From positions 1-39,490 of the IMG/VR virus record IMGVR_UViG_3300030103_005479: a stretch of DNA of 39,490 nt; one strand, written 5' to 3'. Within the stretch, counting starts at the first letter, position 1, and every line of letters starts with the position of its first letter. This document shows, in pieces, positions 17,801 to 25,145 of this stretch. The notes under the pieces were generated by a model. That model saw nothing but the letters and a program-made list of their open reading frames with translations, was not told the DNA's origin and did no database searches. The DNA is from a virus (taxonomy: Duplodnaviria; Caudoviricetes). A program made the position numbers and the translations under genes.

Positions 17801-20475
17801 AGTCGAATCACAATCTCATCAAGGAGCATGGCGACGTCATGGGAATAGACTCATCCATGTACGACTCGCATCTCGACGACCATCTCAAGGAGCAGCACGG
17901 CCATGGTGCCGGTGCGGGAGACGCTCCCCTTCAGGCGGAGATGAGGAATCTCAAGAGCATGAGGAGCAGAATGGAGAAGGATATACGTGAGTGGGACTTA
18001 ACCTCCGGTAAGCGGTTAGTAGAGATATACGAGAGATTAGAGGAATTAGAGCCACTCGTCGAGAAAGAAAACGACATAAGAGGTTTTGACGCCCTCCATA
18101 GCAGAGCAGCGCGGCACCTCGAGGAGAACAGGGCAGACAGGGCGAGCATGGTGCTCGAGAGGCTGGCCAGAAAAGTCGGAGTCGATGTGGACGCGTCCAA
18201 CCCCAAGCAGGCACTGGAGGCAATCGGCGACAGCATATCCGAGATGCGCGGCGACTTGGGGTACGGCAGACAACTGCACGGTCACAGCGAGGCTGTCCAA
18301 GGAATCTTCAACAGAGACAGGAGGGAGCAGCATGCCGCCTTCGGCCTCAGCAGGATTCAAGCGCCGGTGGACAAAGAGACGAAAAACACCTCTTTCATGA
18401 GAACCGGTCAGAAGGAATTGTACAGAAGGGGCAAGATGACAAACAAGCACAACCAGACACTCCACAACCTGCGTGACTTGGTGGTGTACGACCCGAACAG
18501 CGACACGGGCGCTGACGAGAGCACGAAGTTCGACACCCAGAGAATCACATTCAACGCCCAACCGGCGATGCCCTTCGGCGCAGGCGGGGCGAGCATGATG
18601 CACTATTTCACAAGCGCCTCCAACAACATGCTGTTCGGTCACTCTGTGCGTCCCACGCACGGCTTCGAGTTCGGGGACAACACGCCGGAGGTCGGGACCG
18701 AGACATTCGACCAGCGGCTCTCATCAGTTCCTCGGCACATGATATCAGCGGTTCTAGGACCAGATGTCGCTGAAACCTACGTCAGGAACGGCATGGACGG
18801 CGTCTACCCGATTCCCGAGTTCGAGCCACCTGCACTCAGAGGTGGAGCCACCGGTGTTCCAATGACTCAGGACCCGAACGTCGGCAAGAGCATAGAGGAC
18901 GCTGGACTGTATGCCACATACCTGCTCAATCCCGACCTCATCGTCAAGGCCGACTCCTCACCGGAGTGGATTCCACCCATCCGCCCCATGCATCGCATCT
19001 TCAGGCTCAGGGACTTGGATGAACTCAGGGGCTTCACAGGCAGTTGGGTCGTCTCCAAGTGGTACGACGGCGACAGGATAGTCCTGACCAAGAAGAAGAA
19101 CAGGGTGAAGGCGTTCGACGAGGACGGCGGTCATAGGGCCATACCCGACTGGGCCAAGAGCGGCGTCAAGAATCTCGGCGAGAAGGACTGCACCTTGGAC
19201 GGCATCCTCGGCAAGGACACACTCCATATCATAGACATACTGCACTATGACGGCACCGACATCATGGATATGAACGTCAGAGAGAGGTTCAAGGTTCTCA
19301 GAGGCCAGTACGACAGCCACGAGCAGGTGCTGCTATCAGGCCCCCATGACACCCGCTTCACCGACGAGGAGGGTCTGGAGGATGCAGTCAAGACGCTGCA
19401 GTCCGAGCACAGGACCCTCCTTCTCAGGGACGGCAAGAGCACATACATGCGCGGTGAGAGGAGACATCCCAAGTGGGTGGTGCTGAGACCCAACAGGGAC
19501 ATCAACCTCATCGTGCTTGACAGGAGGGGCAAAGGCCCCTACACATACAGGCTTGGCGCGGGCCCGCTGCTGGATGGGGACGGTCTCGATGACAGAGCGG
19601 TCGACCACGACGGCAAGGTGTATCTCGACGCCGGCACGGTATCCAGCCCCAAGCCCTTCGAGGAGGGTGACATAGTACGCGTGAGGTTCTCAGGAATCAA
19701 GAGGCAGAAGAAGGGGGGTCGTGACATATTCACAATCAACCCGTCGAAGTTGGTCGGCGAGGGAGAGGGTGAGTCCAGCGTGTCGATGGAGACGCTGTCG
19801 CTGCTCGCCAAGAGTTTCCCACCAGTCCACCTCGCACACGGTATAGACATAGAGGACAGAGCGATAGTCGTCACCCTCCCCACGGAGAGCCAAGTCACCT
19901 ACACACTCGAGAAGAGCAGCCTAGGCCACTGGGTCCACTCACCGACAACCCCGCTCTCGGACATGGGCATGGATACTTACAGCATAGAACTATCCGAGAG
20001 CCTCAAGCCCTTCTGGGGAGAGGTCGCCAGCATGATGCTGAAGGGAAAGATTGAGCGTCAGAAAGAAACTGAGAGCGAAGTAACCCCATCAGAGGAGCAG
20101 CAGGAGCACCACAGGCGCAAGGTGGAGAGCGAGAGCGCGGGCATAATCAAGCCCGGAGACAAGAACATCCTACTCAAACCCAAGATGAAGAAGGCGCTGG
20201 AGGTCCTCGAGAGGGCTCTCGACGTGCTCGAGAAGGAGCAGATGTTCAACACCACAGGGGCCAAGGGTCTGGGCATCGACTTGGGCGGAGGGACAGAGAG
20301 CCCTAGGGGCCCAACTAGACTGACTTCGGAGATGTCGCTCCCCGACTGGGACATGAAGGCGAGACCGGAGGAGGACCCGGAAGAGGAGTATCCGAAGGCG
20401 AGAGAACTCAGGAGAAGGAAGAAAGGCTCTCAGTCAAGCGATTCTGAAGAGAAAACTAATCCAGAGCAGGAATAA
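14866..20475 (+). CDS. 1869-aa head-region polyprotein with a C-terminal degenerate ATP-dependent DNA ligase-like domain (NTase plus OB)
   Basis: Ligase-like motifs VSKWYDGDR, TLDGI, IIDILHYDG, LLLRDGKSTYMRGERRHPKWVVLR at about 19045-19490; the N-terminal about 1350 aa are unrecognised. Confidence 0.85.
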   Translation: MYEDAADVFVRARDALIDSVKDDIDIESSISDYILAKANLEAHDFTPGHTWREILCDTLVKNEKDGYGYIRPGKFEGEMRAIRRRRHPGHLPTGHNHWSGRVINSRDKLPIGVTHGLPIDVRARFDRYHGREDEHIFSSLFDPLEKKSMTKGIPRKIELLARRFLPDEDGNSRAKQVKDAERLIEDWMKKTNSPHVRENKQGTYSYPLLGPLGDSVDQSILSHEHDLYERDFRRWSEENEQGEDNSEIREKHFYARARDWMDRDNKATLEQGMTEEEKGLVDFYPDSPEAKEIKEREKSISNHPSYLNHLSFMMGLEWLSPEERTKVIEHISPDSHGSDSKEQHVKFDDGTRLPMGRLKRNMRMRGTNALSHVRRGPKAGPHNVAPVWSQNLPSDPPDKRALFSALESAYVDKEGEVTFDRKEADMKGHSRLMDVAMRNLHEAFGVNTDDPKDEIFMHLPNIDSRGLSRFNQDEMMDEMKILTESKKKGNVVPRDNLLHALGFNSKGEEIPAGEHGYPKHSGPLITNSQLQSLLRKENENVSLRDRQREVQDILSMFSTNVGFKDADAVPEEIQKAMDILGGKHLAHDFAAPYLEGGHAIDQHIYATKLHDHHQMDDESLIASVNRHKESIVPQSINMGLFGHLIRPEAEAPLGPHYMQHMSNFLGGDTGNHALSSVTSPGIAALIHGLRQSEVNSKFGIKMGIDQMNNMFVDAANEGTRKNIPYGKSLDMLAPKDIDSEKLDVGEDSISEIDLFAGGGSVKREQEPVIHTSGEQIRNKVEAMRLAMLLSSSERFPTSASTHDFPDSSMLDYNKRYGNLDEEGRVLTGRNRPMKSRRIDQLNLKHQYDIQSINDAAKHLATLLPEEALDPSNPSFDANVRRLFHDAERAIHTLPSEYWEGVGVRPLTADYMVENQTQTAEPVYPSLRERLTTGGGVPITRLSDASEIAERLGFPSDEAHTSHIQSYLDTIPDDDVHFIQSNHNLIKEHGDVMGIDSSMYDSHLDDHLKEQHGHGAGAGDAPLQAEMRNLKSMRSRMEKDIREWDLTSGKRLVEIYERLEELEPLVEKENDIRGFDALHSRAARHLEENRADRASMVLERLARKVGVDVDASNPKQALEAIGDSISEMRGDLGYGRQLHGHSEAVQGIFNRDRREQHAAFGLSRIQAPVDKETKNTSFMRTGQKELYRRGKMTNKHNQTLHNLRDLVVYDPNSDTGADESTKFDTQRITFNAQPAMPFGAGGASMMHYFTSASNNMLFGHSVRPTHGFEFGDNTPEVGTETFDQRLSSVPRHMISAVLGPDVAETYVRNGMDGVYPIPEFEPPALRGGATGVPMTQDPNVGKSIEDAGLYATYLLNPDLIVKADSSPEWIPPIRPMHRIFRLRDLDELRGFTGSWVVSKWYDGDRIVLTKKKNRVKAFDEDGGHRAIPDWAKSGVKNLGEKDCTLDGILGKDTLHIIDILHYDGTDIMDMNVRERFKVLRGQYDSHEQVLLSGPHDTRFTDEEGLEDAVKTLQSEHRTLLLRDGKSTYMRGERRHPKWVVLRPNRDINLIVLDRRGKGPYTYRLGAGPLLDGDGLDDRAVDHDGKVYLDAGTVSSPKPFEEGDIVRVRFSGIKRQKKGGRDIFTINPSKLVGEGEGESSVSMETLSLLAKSFPPVHLAHGIDIEDRAIVVTLPTESQVTYTLEKSSLGHWVHSPTTPLSDMGMDTYSIELSESLKPFWGEVASMMLKGKIERQKETESEVTPSEEQQEHHRRKVESESAGIIKPGDKNILLKPKMKKALEVLERALDVLEKEQMFNTTGAKGLGIDLGGGTESPRGPTRLTSEMSLPDWDMKARPEEDPEEEYPKARELRRRKKGSQSSDSEEKTNPEQE

Positions 20476-20486
20476 TGCATTGCCGC

Positions 20487-20498
20487 TTCATATATGTA
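20487..20498 (+). promoter_or_regulatory. Putative archaeal TATA box for the protease-capsid operon
   Basis: TTCATATATGTA in an intergenic gap, about 30 nt before the GTG start at 20523. Confidence 0.45.
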
Positions 20499-20522
20499 GT
20501 ATGACAAGACCAAGTGTGATAT

Positions 20523-21899
20523 GTGTTGTCACAACCACTACGGGCAACAGGGGAGTCAAATCTCCGGTTGCTCAAGGGTGGTGACCTCGTCGTCGCTGGA
20601 TATGCCAGCGTCGAAGTGGTAGACAAGCAAGGCGACAAAATAACCAAGCAAGCACTCAAAGACGCATTCAAAAAATACATGGAGGACCCGAAGTTCAGAA
20701 ACGTGCAACTAGCGCATTCAAACATACAAGTCGGGGAAGTAATACCATCATACACTGATAACGAAGGGAGGTTCTGGAAAAGCGAGGTTGACGATGTCGG
20801 GATGTTCGTGGTAGTATCACTGCGAGACGACATCGAGAAAGCAAAGGAAGTCGCTGCGGAAATCAGGAAGGGAGCCCTTCGTGGATTCAGCATCGGTGGT
20901 CAGGCATTCAAAAGAGTGAGGAAGTCGGACCCCGAGCATGGAGACTACCAAGAAATCAGCAAGTTAGAACTACATGAGATTACAATCTGCGAGCGAGGCA
21001 TCAACCCAGAAGCGACGTTCAAGATTCTTAAAGAAGATAAAAAACAAAACAAAAACAAGGTGAACAAAATGACAGAAGACAACGACGTAATGACGCAAAT
21101 GACAGACGTACTTTCACGTCTAGAAGGTCGTCTAGATGCATTTGAGAAAGGCATGCCTGCTGGACTCAAAGAGCACATGGAAGACAAGAAAGACAAGAAA
21201 GATGAGAAGAAAGACGAAGAGAAGAAATCCGAGGACGTCGAAAAGTCCGAAGAGTATTCTGACGTCATCTCCTCAGACTACCTCGATTGGATGGAGAACA
21301 CCCTGAAGTCCGCTGGTGTGGACGTAACAGGTGCTCGAACCCACTTCGACGATGTGGCAAAAGGCAACCTAGGCTCAGACCCCAAAGTTATCGGAGACGG
21401 TGGCTCCTACTTCGGTGGGCAAGCACCCGGTAGAGAAACTGAAGACGGCAAGCCTGAAGTCCCCAAGGCCAATTTCGGCGCTGGTGGCAAGGGCAAGAAG
21501 TCCAAGTTGAAGAAATCCGACTACCTGACCCCAGACGCTGTTTCCTCCGCTGACGTGGAAGCCGCATACGAGGTATACAAGGCCGCTATGCTCGAGGCAG
21601 AGTTGAAGAAATCCCTAGAAGGGGAGTTCTCACACCGCTACGAGTCAGAGCGCAGTGCTGAAATCACCAAGGCTGCGGCCCTAGAGTTCGACGCACGTGG
21701 TCCACTTGACGAGATACAGAAGTCCATCGCCTCTCTAGCAGAGCGCGTCGAGGCTATCAGTGCTCCAGCAGAATCCGGTGAGACAATCACCAAGTCCGCT
21801 GCTGTACCATCCGTAGAAATTCCCTCCACTGCTGACCTAGCGTCAATGTCGTGGGACGAGGTGCACAACCTCGCAACAAAGGCCTTCAGGGGGGCCTGA
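20523..21899 (+). CDS. HK97-family prohead protease fused to scaffolding domain
   Basis: VAGYASVEVVDKQGD, QLAH (His), GFSIGG (Ser), LHEITICERGINPEA; acidic coiled-coil C-terminal half; directly upstream of MCP. Confidence 0.92.
   Translation: MLSQPLRATGESNLRLLKGGDLVVAGYASVEVVDKQGDKITKQALKDAFKKYMEDPKFRNVQLAHSNIQVGEVIPSYTDNEGRFWKSEVDDVGMFVVVSLRDDIEKAKEVAAEIRKGALRGFSIGGQAFKRVRKSDPEHGDYQEISKLELHEITICERGINPEATFKILKEDKKQNKNKVNKMTEDNDVMTQMTDVLSRLEGRLDAFEKGMPAGLKEHMEDKKDKKDEKKDEEKKSEDVEKSEEYSDVISSDYLDWMENTLKSAGVDVTGARTHFDDVAKGNLGSDPKVIGDGGSYFGGQAPGRETEDGKPEVPKANFGAGGKGKKSKLKKSDYLTPDAVSSADVEAAYEVYKAAMLEAELKKSLEGEFSHRYESERSAEITKAAALEFDARGPLDEIQKSIASLAERVEAISAPAESGETITKSAAVPSVEIPSTADLASMSWDEVHNLATKAFRGA
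21069..21899 (+). CDS. Probable nested in-frame scaffolding protein (internal start)
   Basis: A-rich tract then AGGTGA (21058-21063) 5 nt before the in-frame ATG 21069, right after the protease domain. Confidence 0.6.
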   Translation: MTEDNDVMTQMTDVLSRLEGRLDAFEKGMPAGLKEHMEDKKDKKDEKKDEEKKSEDVEKSEEYSDVISSDYLDWMENTLKSAGVDVTGARTHFDDVAKGNLGSDPKVIGDGGSYFGGQAPGRETEDGKPEVPKANFGAGGKGKKSKLKKSDYLTPDAVSSADVEAAYEVYKAAMLEAELKKSLEGEFSHRYESERSAEITKAAALEFDARGPLDEIQKSIASLAERVEAISAPAESGETITKSAAVPSVEIPSTADLASMSWDEVHNLATKAFRGA

Positions 21900-21922
21900 A
21901 TAAGCAACAGAGGTGATTATGA

Positions 21923-23056
21923 ATGGCACGAGATTACGTACGAACAATAACAGACATGGAGCGCTACTACTACGGCGCTGGAAACGCAATGGGATACTCC
22001 TACTCAGGCAGTGAACTATTGAAAGCGGATGCACCAATGCTGTCCACGACTGCTGGTACATACCAAGCAATCTACGGTCGCAAGGTCTGGTCGCAACTGA
22101 ACCAAGAGTTCAACGCCTTCAGCATCCTGCCAAAGAGACCTTGGGACAGGTCGGGATGGAGAGTCATCACCGAGAAACCAAACAACAATGGTCAACTACA
22201 CGGCGGCGTTGCAGAGAACGGCACTCTTCCTGACACAGTGAAGCCTATCTTCCAGCACGTTGCTGCAAAGCCCAAGACGATTGCACACACCTTCGACATG
22301 TCGGAGACCGCAATCTTCCTCGCTGACAAGGACGACGGCCTCGGAGACATCCGAGCAGTCATGAAGGAAGAGATGGGTAAGCACCACGCTGAGATGGTCA
22401 ACAAGATGCTCCTCACGGACGTCACGACCGCTGCTGGAAACAACTTCGAGTCTCTCGACCGAGTCACGACTGGTAACACCAACATGGTATCGGGTACTCA
22501 CTATGATGCTGGAGATGATGACATCTACTCCATCAACAGAACCGAAAACACGTGGTCCTACGCTGAGGACAACGCTGACTCAGGCAGCGCTAACAGAACA
22601 CTCAGCCTCGACCATCTTGACACGCTCTTCCAGCAAATCTGGGAGCGCGGTGGAAACCCGAAAGTCATCCTGACCGGATATGACACTCTGATGAGACTAC
22701 AGCAACTGCTACAGTCCCAGCAGAGGTTCATGGAGGAGAAGAGAGTGACCCCAACCTACAACGGCGTCAAGGGTGTTCCCGGTATGGAAGCCGGATTCAT
22801 CGTCGCTACATACAACGGTGTCCCAATCATCCCGACCAAGGACATGCAGAAAGACGGTATCAGCAGGATGTACTTCCTCGACACCGACTATCTATACTTC
22901 AGCACTGCAATACCAACGCAGTACTACGAGAGTGGAATCGAGACAGGCGACCCATTCGCCATCAACAGGCTCGGTCAGGAAGGACTGTACCGAACCATGG
23001 GTGAGATGTGGACGACTTTCTTCGGAGCACAGGGGAGTGTGAGAGACCTTCAGTGA
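21923..23056 (+). CDS. Major capsid protein (HK97 fold)
   Basis: 377 aa after the protease/scaffold; strong GAGGTGA RBS; biased codon use; KPKTIAHTFDMSE, GGNPKVILT, YNGVPIIP..D, MYFLD. Confidence 0.92.
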   Translation: MARDYVRTITDMERYYYGAGNAMGYSYSGSELLKADAPMLSTTAGTYQAIYGRKVWSQLNQEFNAFSILPKRPWDRSGWRVITEKPNNNGQLHGGVAENGTLPDTVKPIFQHVAAKPKTIAHTFDMSETAIFLADKDDGLGDIRAVMKEEMGKHHAEMVNKMLLTDVTTAAGNNFESLDRVTTGNTNMVSGTHYDAGDDDIYSINRTENTWSYAEDNADSGSANRTLSLDHLDTLFQQIWERGGNPKVILTGYDTLMRLQQLLQSQQRFMEEKRVTPTYNGVKGVPGMEAGFIVATYNGVPIIPTKDMQKDGISRMYFLDTDYLYFSTAIPTQYYESGIETGDPFAINRLGQEGLYRTMGEMWTTFFGAQGSVRDLQ

Positions 23057-23093
23057 GGTCTCGAACTAGGAGATAATAAAGAGGTGAAAAAAT

Positions 23094-23585
23094 ATGGTAG
23101 CAACAACAACCACAACTAAACACGGACTAAGCATAAAAGTAGCAGACAGCGACTTCACATTAGTGGATATACTGGCTGACATAGACATGAGGACTGGTAC
23201 ACCAGTAGACGAGACTGCATGGTTAGACGGCGGAGCAGCAGCGGATTCATATCCCGGCTCTCTCTCTGGTTTCAATGCAAAGAACAGCAACACGACCAAT
23301 GCTGGCGGTAGTCTGCGAATGGTAACATTCACATGCAACGTCGTACAAGCGGCAACAGTAGAGCCTCTACTGTTCTCTGCTGGAGCATCAAAGATTCTAG
23401 GAATCGTAGGATATGCCTCAGCAACCGCTGCTAAGGACATAACTGTAACAATGACTAACACTGGGCTTACGGGAGCAGACGCAACTGTAGCCCCACTAGC
23501 AACTGGTGGTGCTCTACCTTGTCTAATCATAGACTCTGAAAGCGCAAACCAAGTTGTACAGGTGACGGTGTTATTACTTAACTGA
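23094..23585 (+). CDS. Putative capsid decoration/minor structural protein
   Basis: Immediately after MCP, GAGGTGA RBS, Thr/Ala/Gly-rich beta-type composition. Confidence 0.65.
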   Translation: MVATTTTTKHGLSIKVADSDFTLVDILADIDMRTGTPVDETAWLDGGAAADSYPGSLSGFNAKNSNTTNAGGSLRMVTFTCNVVQAATVEPLLFSAGASKILGIVGYASATAAKDITVTMTNTGLTGADATVAPLATGGALPCLIIDSESANQVVQVTVLLLN

Positions 23586-23586
23586 G

Positions 23587-24009
23587 GTGATTGAACTGCC
23601 TACAGTGCGTTACAACGGACCGTCTTTCTATAGACGGAGTCCTGATGCGTATACGTCTGATTTCACTAGGGGAGAGGTCAGGGATGTCTCACAGGAATGG
23701 GTCGACCAATGGCGCCGATTCCTTGTGACACCCTACTTCTCCCTAGAGGGAGATGAGGCACCGACAGCAGACGAAGGTGAAGACGGCATACCTGATGAGT
23801 CGTGGCGACGTGGGGACATCTCCGCGTGGCTCAACTCTCAGGGTGTCGAATTCGCCGTATCGTCATACAGGACGAAAACGAAACTGCTACAACTCGTCGA
23901 CCAGCATCTGAACCCACCAGCCCCGGAACCGGAGCCAGTGGTGGAGGATGAGGTAGAGGCAGTCGTAGAACAGTTAGAGGCAGTTACAGAACAACAAAAA
24001 CAGGAGTGA
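23587..24009 (+). CDS. Head-region protein with HeH/SAP-like helical domain
   Basis: PDESWRRGDISAWLNSQGV...TKTKLLQLV; start codon uncertain (GTG 23587 lies inside the RBS; CTG 23596 possible). Confidence 0.7.
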   Translation: MIELPTVRYNGPSFYRRSPDAYTSDFTRGEVRDVSQEWVDQWRRFLVTPYFSLEGDEAPTADEGEDGIPDESWRRGDISAWLNSQGVEFAVSSYRTKTKLLQLVDQHLNPPAPEPEPVVEDEVEAVVEQLEAVTEQQKQE

Positions 24010-24016
24010 TTAAAAT

Positions 24017-24553
24017 ATGGCAGCAGGAAATACAACAGACACAAGAACACACGTAATGGGCGATATGCTCATGGTTACTGGAACCTTCACTGACGGGGGG
24101 ATTGATGTCTCCTACGACAGTTTGTTGGCTACAGTATTCGCAGCAGGTGGACACGTAACCAGCCTTTATGATACAGGCATTAAAATCAACGACGGAGACG
24201 ATATGGCAGTTGGTGATACGGCAATGGTTGTCGACACCGTAGATGTCAGGCTTCATTTCAATGTTGGAGAGACAATCTACAACAGCGCAGGTGCAAGAGT
24301 GGGAGTTATCACGGCAATCGCAAGCGCAACTGCACTTACTATTGGTGCTGGTGTCCTAGTGGCTATCGCTAACAACGATAATCTATTCAAATTAGGACCA
24401 GACCAGAGCGCAGTGACATTGAACGATGGCTCACTAGCAGTCAGCATAGATGAGACCAACAAGAGAGTGGTCTTCGGCAACGGTAACCTCGGAGCAACAA
24501 GCACCGCTCATACCCAAGACGGACGCTGGTGGATTCTAGGTCGACGCTCTTGA
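24017..24553 (+). CDS. Putative virion structural protein
   Basis: GGAGTGA RBS; beta-rich, contains an FNVGETIY...VITAI module. Confidence 0.7.
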   Translation: MAAGNTTDTRTHVMGDMLMVTGTFTDGGIDVSYDSLLATVFAAGGHVTSLYDTGIKINDGDDMAVGDTAMVVDTVDVRLHFNVGETIYNSAGARVGVITAIASATALTIGAGVLVAIANNDNLFKLGPDQSAVTLNDGSLAVSIDETNKRVVFGNGNLGATSTAHTQDGRWWILGRRS

Positions 24554-24566
24554 GGCGGTGACTTAG

Positions 24567-24785
24567 ATGGCACAGGCAGTAACGGTTCTCGGACCCTATC
24601 CACCTAAGCAGTTTAACAAGGCCGGCACGGCCTACGTCGGTGGAGCGGATAACTCGAGCGCGACTCTGAACGCGAGGATGACCGCTGATGTGGTTGCTCT
24701 TAGCGACACAGCAGCGAACATAATCTCAGTTGAACCAATCTCAGTCTTAGGCAACGTCTATCTCGTGGTTTATCAGAAGGCGTGA
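24567..24785 (+). CDS. Small putative structural protein
   Basis: GGTGA RBS; 72 aa ending VLGNVYLVVYQKA. Confidence 0.7.
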   Translation: MAQAVTVLGPYPPKQFNKAGTAYVGGADNSSATLNARMTADVVALSDTAANIISVEPISVLGNVYLVVYQKA

Positions 24786-24791
24786 TAACGC

Positions 24792-24833
24792 TTGTTGGGT
24801 AACATCTATCTTGTAGTCGGGTCCTTCTCGTGA
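24792..24833 (+). pseudogene. Relic alternative C-terminus of the preceding gene
   Basis: After TGA TAA the same frame reads LLGNIYLVVGSFS*, paralogous to VLGNVYLVVYQKA*. Confidence 0.6.
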
Positions 24834-24845
24834 TGAGGGGAGACT

Positions 24846-25145
24846 ATGGGGTTCGAGTTACGCACGCTTGACATCGACGACCTGTCAGTCGCTCAGAAGA
24901 CCAATGTCCGATACGCAGCAAGCATCGGGGAGGGCAATGTTCTCTCAGAGGACAAGCCCCTCGCCGGTGTGACATCAGAGCAGCGCACACGTAACAAGAA
25001 CGTAGGCGACGTGCTCAACATAGGCGCTGGCACGCGCTGCAAGCACTGTGGATTCCTGCACTTCATGTGGAGGGAGACATGCGGTGCATGCGAAAAGCCG
25101 ATGGAGTACAACATGGCACACAGAGACGAGGAGGCGAGACTCTAG
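24846..25145 (+). CDS. Zn-ribbon protein
   Basis: CKHCG...CGAC; GAGGGG RBS. Confidence 0.78.
   Translation: MGFELRTLDIDDLSVAQKTNVRYAASIGEGNVLSEDKPLAGVTSEQRTRNKNVGDVLNIGAGTRCKHCGFLHFMWRETCGACEKPMEYNMAHRDEEARL

Noticed and set aside
19045-19490. Functional DNA ligase call
   Set aside because: Catalytic Lys/Glu residues of motifs I, III, IV and V are substituted.
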